This document shows, piece by piece, positions 50,981-59,902 of a stretch of DNA of 64,000 nucleotides. Source of the DNA: Candidatus Hadarchaeota archaeon (GTDB lineage: Archaea; CAYQAE01; CAYVLA01); contig CAZUNO010000004.1 in the NCBI GenBank assembly GCA_964621445.1, forward strand, positions 109,413 through 173,412. Reading direction: 5' to 3'. A program made the position numbers and the translations under genes. The notes under the pieces are model-generated. The model made no database searches. It saw only the letters and a program-made list of their open reading frames with translations, and had not been told where the DNA came from. Positions within the stretch are counted from its first letter, which is position 1. Each line of letters starts with the position of its first letter.

Positions 50981-51325
50981 GCCCCTCAACTCGAATACGT
51001 ACCTAGAGGGTTCCCTTTTACCGGGGTCCATTCTGAATTGGCAATGAGAACAAACCATACCTGCGGATGTTTCATTTCCAAAAATGTCAGGTGTGCGTTC
51101 AGGTTTCAGTGGTCTTTTGCAGAACGGGCATTCACTTTGTACCCTATTCGAGTTACGGGTAAAGACCCTAATCCTTATCCTTGGTGAACTACTTGCTATT
51201 CTTCTGGCACGAGATGGACTAAGGGCGAAATCTCCTCCTATTCTATCCAGCACCATGGATGCCAGCTGACCCTGGGAATCAATCCTTCCCTCGCTGAGAA
51301 CTCCCTCTATGGCCTCTAGAACCAT
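50954..51325 (-). CDS. Archaeal hypothetical protein, helical domain plus zinc ribbon
   Basis: CPFC...CSHC and PSRYVF; AGGAG SD; follows mtnP. Confidence 0.65.
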   Translation of the reverse strand: MVLEAIEGVLSEGRIDSQGQLASMVLDRIGGDFALSPSRARRIASSSPRIRIRVFTRNSNRVQSECPFCKRPLKPERTPDIFGNETSAGMVCSHCQFRMDPGKREPSRYVFELRGLPISSEDQ

Positions 51326-51359
51326 GCCTTCTCCTGGTATTTTGTAGGATTGGGAACAC

Positions 51360-52133
51360 TCATTCGGGTTGTCTTCCGCAATCGCACTCCCTCTCGGCTT
51401 CTCTGGCGTCTTCGATCACCTGCTTGAGTAGTTTCCTTAGCTGGATGACCTTATTGGCAACAATCCTTTCCACATCTCTATGGGTGATTTTTTGGGGCTT
51501 CAGCCCGGCGGCCATATTCGTAACAACCGACATCTGGACGTAGCAGATTCCTTTTTCCCGTGCCAGGGTTACTTCCGGAACGCAGGTCATTCCAACGATA
51601 TCCCCGCCCAGCATCTTAAACATCCTTATCTCGGCCGCTGTTTCGTATCTTGGTCCCTCCGTACAGGCATAGACGGCTCGCGGATGAACCGCTACCTCAA
51701 GCATTCGGGCCGATCTCATGGTTATCTTTCGCATCTCACCGCAAAAAGGATTTGTTACGTCGACGTGGCTTTTCGAGCCTTCGAGCCTGTCTACAAAGGT
51801 CAGTGATCGTCTTTTGGTGAAATCCAGAAATTGGTCCGGTAGAACTATATCCTCGGGTCTGAGAGATGAACGGAGACTGCCGACGGCTCCAATTGAAATA
51901 ATCCTCTCGGTGCCAATTTGGGCCAAACCTGCGATATTTGCGCGGTAATTAACCAGATGCGGCGGTAAGTTGTGATTAGGACCGTGACGTAGGACTATTG
52001 GAACATCCGGATCCATCTCCTCTGAGAAATGTGTTTGCAGACTGCCATAGGGCGTTTCCATTTCATCCCCCTTTTCTATGTCCGGAAACACTTTCCTTCC
52101 GCCAGTTCCCATTATCACTGCAACTTTAGGCAT
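51360..52133 (-). CDS. mtnP: Methylthioadenosine/methylthioinosine phosphorylase
   Basis: RHG..H..PPH.VNYRANI, AVGSL, PDQFLDFT, EGPRYETAAE, VGMT, VTNMAAG. Confidence 0.9.
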   Translation of the reverse strand: MPKVAVIMGTGGRKVFPDIEKGDEMETPYGSLQTHFSEEMDPDVPIVLRHGPNHNLPPHLVNYRANIAGLAQIGTERIISIGAVGSLRSSLRPEDIVLPDQFLDFTKRRSLTFVDRLEGSKSHVDVTNPFCGEMRKITMRSARMLEVAVHPRAVYACTEGPRYETAAEIRMFKMLGGDIVGMTCVPEVTLAREKGICYVQMSVVTNMAAGLKPQKITHRDVERIVANKVIQLRKLLKQVIEDAREAERECDCGRQPE

Positions 52134-52294
52134 TGATCTTCCCCGCGATAATTATAAGTTGAAACAATGTATTAGAACTCACTCCACCGCAAAATAAAAA
52201 TGGTGGGTTCCTGCAATTAACCTTCCAAGCGCCCTTAGAAATTCTCCGCCTGTCAAACAACTGATCTAGTTGGATCTTCTTTGGCGATGGTAAA

Positions 52295-53590
52295 TCAATC
52301 CGAAAGCCTATCCGGAAGTTTCTGCCCCGCTACCAGGGTGTGGAAGCTTTCTCTTTCTCTGATTATCTCCGAGTTGGTATCTGAGACTAGTATCTCGGCC
52401 GCCCGGGGCCTTGAATTATATTGGGATGACATCGAATATCCGTAGGCCCCAGTGGTCAAAATTGCCAGCAAGTCTCCCTCTCTTGGCTCGGCTATCTCTC
52501 TGTCCCTTGCGAATATATCACCCGATTCACATATTGGTCCAACTACATCGACCTCTTTGTGGGGTGCCGCCATATTAGTACCATTTAGGATGTGGTGATA
52601 GGCTCCGTACATGGCCGGTCTAATGAGATCATTAAATCCGGCATCAACACCCACAAAGGTCCTATGGGGGGTAATTTTTATGGTATTGACCTCGGTCAAT
52701 AGTAGTCCAGCGTCGGCAACTATGAACCTTCCGGGCTCAATCGCCAGCGAAGGAGATCCCTCTATTCCGTTTGTCTCCTTTGATTCTAGAAAGGTCTCCA
52801 CGATTCTGGAGGCAAATCGGTCCAGATCTATTTCCTTTTCCTGGGGTCTATATGGTACTCCCAGACCTCCCCCAATATCGATATAATCAAATTCCGTATC
52901 TGAGGCCTCCTGTACTCTCGCTGCAACCTCCATGAATCTCCTTATCGCCGGTAGGAAGGGATCCACCTTCATGATCCCCGACCCTATATGCATGTGTACC
53001 CCACAAACCTTCATTCCAACCTTTGTGGCCATCTTTGCAGCCTTTTCTGCTTGCTTTTCCCATATACCGAATTTCGCGTCCTTGCCTCCGGTGATACAGT
53101 GATCATGATGTCCGGCCCCTACCTCCGGATTGATCCTAATGGCGACCTCCGCAGATCTACCCCCAGGCAACTTGGACATTCTCCTTATCTGAGATATGGA
53201 GTCCAGTGTTATCTTTACATCTGCCTTGAGGGCGAAGGATAGCTCCTTATCCTTCACATTATTTCCAGTGAATAGTATCTGGTGAGGTTTGTATCCGGCT
53301 TTATGGGCCAGAAATATCTCCCCAGGAGACACCGTATCGAGTAAACATCCCTCCTGTCGGGCAATAGACAACGCGGCCAGGTTAGAATTTGCCTTACATG
53401 CGTAGTGTATCTTGACTTCCTGATCCATCGCCTTAAAAGCTCCAATGAGTCTACTTACGTTCTCTCTTATACGGAGTTCATTAACCACATGGAGGGGCGT
53501 GTCATATTCCTCGGCCAGAGAGCCACAAAATATCTTGCCGACGAAAAGCTTGTTACCTCTCCGAACTAGGCCAGTTGATTCCCAATTCAT
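52295..53590 (-). CDS. lysA: Diaminopimelate decarboxylase
   Basis: YACKAN, HMHIGS, DIGGG, EPGR, RPAMY, GPICESGD, GAYG, YNSRP. Confidence 0.93.
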   Translation of the reverse strand: MNWESTGLVRRGNKLFVGKIFCGSLAEEYDTPLHVVNELRIRENVSRLIGAFKAMDQEVKIHYACKANSNLAALSIARQEGCLLDTVSPGEIFLAHKAGYKPHQILFTGNNVKDKELSFALKADVKITLDSISQIRRMSKLPGGRSAEVAIRINPEVGAGHHDHCITGGKDAKFGIWEKQAEKAAKMATKVGMKVCGVHMHIGSGIMKVDPFLPAIRRFMEVAARVQEASDTEFDYIDIGGGLGVPYRPQEKEIDLDRFASRIVETFLESKETNGIEGSPSLAIEPGRFIVADAGLLLTEVNTIKITPHRTFVGVDAGFNDLIRPAMYGAYHHILNGTNMAAPHKEVDVVGPICESGDIFARDREIAEPREGDLLAILTTGAYGYSMSSQYNSRPRAAEILVSDTNSEIIRERESFHTLVAGQKLPDRLSD

Positions 53591-53665
53591 GAGCCATCTC
53601 CTAGACTGAATGCTTCCTTTATCTCCAATAATATATATGACCTGGGGTGGCTTCCTAAAAAAACA

Positions 53666-54520
53666 ATGGGAAGGCATATACTGGAGGTTGCAGGTTCTAA
53701 GGTAACGATAGTCGACGGTGATATTATGGATATTACTGAACCCAAAACCCTCTCATGTCCACTGCGGAGAACCGTCTATGGAATAGAGAAGGAAACAGTG
53801 AACTCCGTGAGGAGAACGGTTGAATTCTACATAAATGATTGGGGAATGTTCACCGAGAAGAGAATAGTAAGTACTGATCAGATGCCAATAAACTTCGGAG
53901 TGACCGAAATGCTTGCTTCGGCCCTAACCCATGACATAATAGATGCCGTTGTAATGGTGTGTGAAGGTGCGGGTACCGTTGTCTCTAGCCTTCCCCAGGT
54001 AGTCGAGGGTATCGGGGCCCACATGACGGGCTTAGTGGAGACAAGCAAGGAACCTGGCATCATCCGAAAGTTGAGGTCCCATGAGGTTTTGGTCTTGGAC
54101 CCGGAGCATGCGACCATGGACCCCATCAAGGGGCTGAGAATGGGATTAGAAGAAGGATACAAACGTATCGCAGTCACCATAACCGGTCACGAAGCTATAA
54201 ACACCATCAAACTCAAGAAGGAGGGCGGCAGGGACGATTGTGCGGTCATTGCCGTTCACAACACGGGTATTGAAAGGAACCAAGCTTGTATTCTCGCCCG
54301 AAACTGCGATATAGTCACCTCGTGTGCCTCGAGATGGGTTAGAGAAGAGATTGGACCTTTGGCATCGATGCAATTGGGAATGCGTATACCAGTTTTCATA
54401 CTAACCGATTTGGGCAAGGATATCGCATTGGTAAGATTGAGGGATTTCAGCCAACCCCTTATAGTGGGAACCGGAAAACCACCAAAACTTGGAAAAGAAC
54501 AGCCAAAGCCCCTGCGGTAA
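53666..54520 (+). CDS. DUF2099 / methanogenesis marker protein 8 family
   Basis: HILE..G, CPL, WGMFT, FGVTE, VMVCEGAGTV, GLVET, VHNTG, CASRWVRE. Confidence 0.85.
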   Translation: MGRHILEVAGSKVTIVDGDIMDITEPKTLSCPLRRTVYGIEKETVNSVRRTVEFYINDWGMFTEKRIVSTDQMPINFGVTEMLASALTHDIIDAVVMVCEGAGTVVSSLPQVVEGIGAHMTGLVETSKEPGIIRKLRSHEVLVLDPEHATMDPIKGLRMGLEEGYKRIAVTITGHEAINTIKLKKEGGRDDCAVIAVHNTGIERNQACILARNCDIVTSCASRWVREEIGPLASMQLGMRIPVFILTDLGKDIALVRLRDFSQPLIVGTGKPPKLGKEQPKPLR

Positions 54521-54648
54521 AAGGACGACCTGGCTACGCTGTGCTCCGTAAGAGATATATATCTAGCGGTATTTGACTAGATAGCCGACCGTGAAGGAAG
54601 ATAATAAGTTATTTTTCACAGCTGTAACTGTGGTAGGTAGGGTTAGTT

Positions 54649-55809
54649 ATGAGCGGAGATATTGATCAAATTCTCGATAAGTTAAAGGTGGACGGGGAAT
54701 CCCGCGAGCCTGAGGATGCCGATGTATTGGGCCCATCGGAAGGAGCAGACGATGAGTTGGAGTCCGTTCTCCGGCAGACAATGGCCGAAATTCTGGTTGT
54801 AGGGGTTGGCGGAGCAGGGGGCAACACGGTAACCCGTCTTTTGGATATTGGACTACAAGACGTGGAATCGGTAGTCATGAACACCGATGCCCAGGCGTTG
54901 GTATACGCAGATGCAGGAAGAAAGATGCTGCTGGGTAAGGAAACCACCGAGGGAATGGGAGCCGGGAATAACCCAGAAGTCGGTGAACAATCCGCAATGG
55001 AGACCGTTCAAGATATCAAGGACGTGGTTGATGGCAAGGATCTGGTCTTCGTTACCTGTGGACTTGGTGGAGGGACGGGAACCGGGGCCATCCCCGTGGT
55101 CGCCAAGGAAGCACACGAGGCAAATGCCTTGACCATTGCCGTGGTTACCTTTCCCTTCAAGATGGAGGGCCGGGTAAGGACGGAGAACTCAAAGGTTGGA
55201 CTGGCCAAGCTAATGGACTGTTGTGATTCGGTTATCGTTGTTCCCAATGACAAGCTTCTAGAACTTGCCCCTGGCGTACCCATAAACACCGCTTTCAAGA
55301 TATCGGACGAGGTTCTACTCAAGATAATAGTTGGTATGTCGGAGCTAATCGTTAAGCCTGGACTAGTTAACCTGGACCTCGCAGATCTCAGGAAGATACT
55401 GAAAAGCAGTGGAGCGGCCTTAATAGGTCTCGGAGAGGCATCCGGGAAGGACAAATCAAAGCGCGCTGCATTGGACGTATTGAACAGCCCCCTTCTTGAC
55501 GTCGATATCTCCAATGGAAAGGGAGCCATCGTCAATGTCGTTTCCAGCATGGATGTCACATTGCTGGACGTTGAGAATATAGTGAAAATGGTTGGCGATA
55601 AGCTGAACTCGGAGGCGGAGATCATTTGGGGAGCCCAGGTCGACCAGGAAATGAAGGACACGGTGAGAGTGCTCATTGTGATCTCTGGATTGACCCTTTC
55701 CGATAAGTTTCTAGCTCCTCCATCAGAGGTTACAGAGGAAGAGGAAATAGAGGGCAAAAGTTCTGCCGATATGCTGAGCGGCGTATCATCAATGAGCTGG
55801 CTGTCCTGA
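54649..55809 (+). CDS. ftsZ: Cell division protein FtsZ
   Basis: GVGGAGGN, NTDAQ, GAGNNP, GLGGGTGTG, PF..EG, T7 loop NLDLAD, IWGA. Confidence 0.95.
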   Translation: MSGDIDQILDKLKVDGESREPEDADVLGPSEGADDELESVLRQTMAEILVVGVGGAGGNTVTRLLDIGLQDVESVVMNTDAQALVYADAGRKMLLGKETTEGMGAGNNPEVGEQSAMETVQDIKDVVDGKDLVFVTCGLGGGTGTGAIPVVAKEAHEANALTIAVVTFPFKMEGRVRTENSKVGLAKLMDCCDSVIVVPNDKLLELAPGVPINTAFKISDEVLLKIIVGMSELIVKPGLVNLDLADLRKILKSSGAALIGLGEASGKDKSKRAALDVLNSPLLDVDISNGKGAIVNVVSSMDVTLLDVENIVKMVGDKLNSEAEIIWGAQVDQEMKDTVRVLIVISGLTLSDKFLAPPSEVTEEEEIEGKSSADMLSGVSSMSWLS

Positions 55810-55810
55810 T

Positions 55811-55987
55811 CTAACCGGAACCTGATTCCAGGAGAACGGGACAGGTGAGGGTATCGCTATACAGCCATCTTCTCCCACATTTATCGCAATCATAATACGT
55901 CTTCCCGTCGATATAATCCCAACGATCGTCATTAAGGTCAACCTCGGTTAGCTTGCCGCCGCACATAACGCACTTCTTGCTCGACAT
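55811..55987 (-). CDS. Small zinc-ribbon protein (58 aa)
   Basis: Below the ORF-track cutoff. Manual translation MSSKKCVMCGGKLTEVDLNDDRWDYIDGKTYYDCDKCGRRWLYSDTLTCPVLLESGSG; GAGGA SD upstream. Confidence 0.7.
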   Translation of the reverse strand: MSSKKCVMCGGKLTEVDLNDDRWDYIDGKTYYDCDKCGRRWLYSDTLTCPVLLESGSG

Positions 55988-56130
55988 ATTGGAATCCTCT
56001 TATCGGATTCATCCCTTGGATCGCTCTTAACTCATTTGCCAAACGGAAAAATAGAATGTAGAATTGTACGAATTTGGATCGAAATTCAACCTATCCCAAT
56101 TTATTAGTTTGGGGGATATGATATGTGTAG

Positions 56131-57858
56131 ATGCAATTATGCATTGTTGATCTATACACGGACGAACCTGCTGGGCTAGGTGTTCCTCCCTATTTAGGAA
56201 CCATGCAAAGATATGTTTTTGGGGCAGCGAAGAGCTCGGGTCACCAGCCGGTATATCTTACCATTGATGATGTTAGAGAGAGCCAAGGAAAAGACTGCCA
56301 AAATATCAACCTCACACCAAATTCAGATGATGCTCTGTCCCATATTCGTCAATCGCCCATCGTTATCATCCTTGGAGGAGTGCACACCCCCGGAAAATAT
56401 CTCAGGGCGGAGCCTGGAACCCCCAAGGAGATTAGGGAGATTATTTCCCTCGCCCAAGGAAGGGTTTTGGTTGGGGGTCCTCTAGCCCATGGGACCATGG
56501 GAGGGGGGAGGGCCTTTCCTTCTACAGGGATTGCGTTGGGAAACTCGGCACAACTGATTGACGGAGATCCTGAAGCTTTCATAAGTGACCTATTTGAGTC
56601 GAATACCCCACCTAATTGCCCCAAATATCGAAGTTATTCTGAGCTGAAAAAGTTAGCTATTTGGGGAACGGGAATTATCAAGCAGATCAATCTTGGACCG
56701 GATACAATCGCCGAGATCGAGACCTCCCGAGGCTGTAGTAGAGCCCTGGTTGGGGGTTGCTCATTTTGCTCAGAATGCTCGCGCTACGGTCTCCCTGAGT
56801 TCAGGCCTGTGGATGATATATACGCTGAAGTAAAGGCCTTGAGAAAAGAAGGCGTAAGAAACTTCAGGTTGGGCAGACAGTCGTGTTTCTTTTCCTACGG
56901 TGCTTCGGGTATTGGTGAATCCGAGATCCCGGTTCCAGATCCAAGCTCCATCAGAAAGATCCTTTCAGCCTGCTCAAGCCTGTCATTAAATTCTCTTCAC
57001 ATTGATAATGTGAATCCGGCTGTTGTTGCAGCATATCCTGAGGAATCGGCTGAGATAGTCGATATTATCGTTGAACACTGTACTCCGGGAAATGTTGCCG
57101 CATTAGGAATTGAATCGGCGGACCCCGCGGTGATTTCCAAGAATAACCTAAAATCGAGTCCTAAGGAATCCTTGGATGCAATTCGCCTCATATGCAAGCA
57201 AGGGAATCAAATTGGCTCGAATGGACAGCCCTGCTTCCTTCCCGGGATAAACTTTGTATTGGGTCTTCCCGGGGAGACCAAGAGGACCTACGAGCTAAAC
57301 ATGAACTTTCTTAAGAGCATATTGGATGAAGATCTCCCCGTTAGGCGAATAAACATCAGGGATGTAATTCCAGTACCTGGCACCCCTCTATTTGATCAAA
57401 AATGGAACAGAAAGGCGTACCGCGAATCGGGCCGAAGTTTCAAGAAAGAGGTGAGGGAGAGTATTGACCGGCCAATGCTTCGGAGGGTTTTTCCAACAGG
57501 TCGGATAATTAGGGGTGTGGTCTCTGAATCTAGGGAGGGGTCAGTTTCCTTCTGTAGATTTCCGGGGAGTTATCCGATAATTCTGGGCGTTTATGGTGAA
57601 ATAGAGCTGCGGCAGGTGTTAGATGCAATCGTGGTTTCCCATGGATTCAGGTCCCTGACGGCGCTCAAATTTCCTCTGGACATAAACCGATGTCAAATGA
57701 AGGCCATCACTCAGATACGGGGTATAGGAAAAAAGAGGGCTGCAAAGATATTTCGATCCCGTCCAATAGCTTCTTTCCAAGATTTGGAGGAAGCCCTTCA
57801 ACCCGATCCTCCCTACTCGGCCCTAGAACTCCTGGCTAGGGCAGCATTGCTGGAATAG
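56131..57858 (+). CDS. Archaeal radical SAM protein with C-terminal helix-hairpin-helix
   Basis: DLYTDEPAGLGVPPY, ETSRGC......CSFC, HIDNVNP, GINFVLGLPGET, RRINIR, IRGIGKKRA. Confidence 0.88.
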   Translation: MQLCIVDLYTDEPAGLGVPPYLGTMQRYVFGAAKSSGHQPVYLTIDDVRESQGKDCQNINLTPNSDDALSHIRQSPIVIILGGVHTPGKYLRAEPGTPKEIREIISLAQGRVLVGGPLAHGTMGGGRAFPSTGIALGNSAQLIDGDPEAFISDLFESNTPPNCPKYRSYSELKKLAIWGTGIIKQINLGPDTIAEIETSRGCSRALVGGCSFCSECSRYGLPEFRPVDDIYAEVKALRKEGVRNFRLGRQSCFFSYGASGIGESEIPVPDPSSIRKILSACSSLSLNSLHIDNVNPAVVAAYPEESAEIVDIIVEHCTPGNVAALGIESADPAVISKNNLKSSPKESLDAIRLICKQGNQIGSNGQPCFLPGINFVLGLPGETKRTYELNMNFLKSILDEDLPVRRINIRDVIPVPGTPLFDQKWNRKAYRESGRSFKKEVRESIDRPMLRRVFPTGRIIRGVVSESREGSVSFCRFPGSYPIILGVYGEIELRQVLDAIVVSHGFRSLTALKFPLDINRCQMKAITQIRGIGKKRAAKIFRSRPIASFQDLEEALQPDPPYSALELLARAALLE

Positions 57859-57997
57859 CAAGCTCTTTCTCTCATTATATTATTATATCATACTAATACA
57901 CTTTATTGACGCTTTATTGATCTTGCTTCCAATTATTACCCCATACTACTTTTACGCCTTAACATGTTTCTTCATGTCCCATACCAAAATAGCTCCT

Positions 57998-58861
57998 CTA
58001 GGCGTCAATATTCTCCCTGGGATGGACATCAGATAGTGCCCTGAGCCTCTCGGATGTTACATGAGTGTATATTTGTGTGGTTGCCAGGCTCGCATGTCCT
58101 AGAAGCTCTTGGATGGCCCTTATATCTACATCATTTTCCAGCATGTGGGTTGCGAATGAGTGCCTCAATACATGCGGCGTTACATTCTTCCCTATATTCG
58201 CTTTATGTGCATACTTCTTAATGAGTTTCTGCACATATCGGGCGCTAAGAGAGTCCCCTGAACGCCCCGTAAATAGGTATTCAGATGGCGTCCTACGCTC
58301 CTTCAAGTACCATGCAATGTCTGATGCAGCGTGATTGGAAAGTATCACTAAGCGATCCTTCGCTCCCTTACCACTCTTTATCATAGCCGTTTTTCCATCC
58401 AGGTCGATTTCATCAATCTTCATGTTTACGGCCTCGGATACTCGGGCTCCGGTAGCATAGATGAATTCAATTAGACAGTGATCCCTAGTATTGTTGCTAG
58501 ATGCCTCAAGAAGTGCCTCCAATTCTTTCTTGGTCAAAAATGTAGGTAGCTTTTTAGGCCTCTTAGGAAGCTGTAGATCCTCCGCAGGATCCTCTTCCAT
58601 GGCTTCATTTTGCATAAGTGCCTTGAAAAAAGCTTTAATGGCGTTAACCTGGCTGTATGTAGTTGCATTCGTCAAATGCTTTCTTCTCTTAGTCTTAAGC
58701 AGGTAACGTCGGAGGTCAGAACGCCCTATTTCCTGGGGGGGTCCATTAAACCACCGAGCAAGTTCCCTTATCTGCAGTAGGTAGCGTTCCCTCGTCCGAG
58801 GGGAGTAACCCAGGAGCTCCCAATGGCTGTCGGCTATGTCCAATGCTTCCTTGAATCGCAT
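57998..58861 (-). CDS. xerA: Tyrosine recombinase XerA
   Basis: TGARVSE, GKGAKDR, TPHVLRHSFATHMLE, IQELLGHASLATTQIYTHV; N-terminal SAM-like domain. Confidence 0.9.
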   Translation of the reverse strand: MRFKEALDIADSHWELLGYSPRTRERYLLQIRELARWFNGPPQEIGRSDLRRYLLKTKRRKHLTNATTYSQVNAIKAFFKALMQNEAMEEDPAEDLQLPKRPKKLPTFLTKKELEALLEASSNNTRDHCLIEFIYATGARVSEAVNMKIDEIDLDGKTAMIKSGKGAKDRLVILSNHAASDIAWYLKERRTPSEYLFTGRSGDSLSARYVQKLIKKYAHKANIGKNVTPHVLRHSFATHMLENDVDIRAIQELLGHASLATTQIYTHVTSERLRALSDVHPRENIDA

Positions 58862-58881
58862 TTATATGTCCTCAAGGGTTA

Positions 58882-58909
58882 AGTTCGCTAAGTCATAGCT
58901 TAGCGAACC
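58882..58909. other. dif-like Xer recombination/binding site
   Basis: AGTTCGCTAAG-TCATAG-CTTAGCGAACC: perfect 10-bp inverted arms, 6-bp spacer, 28 bp in total, 20 bp upstream of the xerA start. Confidence 0.7.
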
Positions 58910-59004
58910 TTTTTATGTCTTTTCATTAAGATAGGCCCCCAAATAATACCAATTTTAATCAAATACCCCACCTATTTAGACAAAACATGCTCATTTAATG
59001 GCAT

Positions 59005-59541
59005 TTACCCCAGCTCGGAAATCTCATCCAGATCCATCATCATCCACCAGGAGTAATCTACCCCCTCTTTGCTTCTGAAATAGCGGAAAAGGGGGCGACC
59101 AAACGCTTCCTCTGCCCTTTCATTTAGTGAGTTTAGTTTGTCTCTCACGCTTTCCGTTCGAGAGTAATCCAGTTCATCCACCAGCCTGCTGCTGTTCTCA
59201 TGACCCCTCTTAAGCATGAGACGGAGCACTTCCTCATCCTTCTTGCTATTTATAATCTCACGAAGTTGACCCAGGTCATCGTCATCTTTTTGAACTGGGG
59301 GCGTTGCATCTTCAATTTCCTCATCGGATGCGCCATCTAGGGCGCTTAATATGGTCTTAACATCCCTTCTTATCTCATATATTGCTATATCACTACTACC
59401 TATGTCAAGGGTAAGGTAGTAATCTATTGCATCCCGGATAATCCTGGAAAGGTTTCTTGACCTCGCCTTCAAGTCCGATACCTGATCCCTTCTTAACGTA
59501 ATGCATACCTTCTTAAAATTCCCGTTCGTCACAAAGCACAC
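59005..59541 (-). CDS. Ribbon-helix-helix (CopG-like) DNA-binding protein with C-terminal winged-helix-like domain
   Basis: KKVCITLRRDQVSDLKARSRNLSRIIRDAIDYYL fits the RHH pattern, followed by an acidic linker and a helical C-domain. Confidence 0.65.
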   Translation of the reverse strand: MCFVTNGNFKKVCITLRRDQVSDLKARSRNLSRIIRDAIDYYLTLDIGSSDIAIYEIRRDVKTILSALDGASDEEIEDATPPVQKDDDDLGQLREIINSKKDEEVLRLMLKRGHENSSRLVDELDYSRTESVRDKLNSLNERAEEAFGRPLFRYFRSKEGVDYSWWMMMDLDEISELG

Positions 59542-59543
59542 CA

Positions 59544-59803
59544 GTATGATTGAGTATTATTACAGTATATAACTGTTGCGGCGTATCATTATGATATTAT
59601 CATATTAGCATAAAACGGCAACGTATGATGTAGTATTACTATATTTTTCCCTATCACACCCAAAAAGGTGCTATAGTATGATAAAGTATGATTTAGGAAT
59701 AGCCGGCCAGAATTTTGCAAAAGTGTCGGGGTATGATATAGTATTACCCTTGATGCCAAGAACCCGATCCCGGTCACGCGGCCAATAAGCGGGATGGTAT
59801 GAT
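59544..59803 (+). repeat. Array of GTATGAT-N3-GTAT(T/G)A(T/C) heptad pairs in AT-rich intergenic DNA
   Basis: Pairs at 59544/59554, 59623/59633, 59676/59686, 59731/59741; single heptad at 59797; variant GTATCAT at 59583. Confidence 0.8.
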
Positions 59804-59902
59804 TGGTGCATACTTTGAGAGATGCTCTTCCGACAATAGACCAACGCCGCCTCTGGAGATAATATTTTAATTACCCGTGCCCCCCCATGCAATGGAAATG
59901 AT

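Noticed and set aside
55008-55757. 249-aa ORF antisense to ftsZ (similarly 14596-15357 and 17210-17875)
   Set aside because: Ser/Thr-rich antisense shadows of conserved genes.
57998-58861. Integrase of a provirus extending to the tail genes
   Set aside because: The sequence is XerA-like, housekeeping genes (ftsZ, lysA, mtnP) intervene, and no att repeats or tRNA target were seen.
59544-59803. CRISPR array or ORB-type replication origin
   Set aside because: Units are only 7-17 bp with irregular spacing. No cas or cdc6/orc1 gene and no G-string ORB motif nearby.
59589-59892. Short minus-strand ORFs 59589-59777 and 59671-59892
   Set aside because: They run through the AT-rich repeat array, and their YH/YY periodicity simply reflects the DNA repeat.
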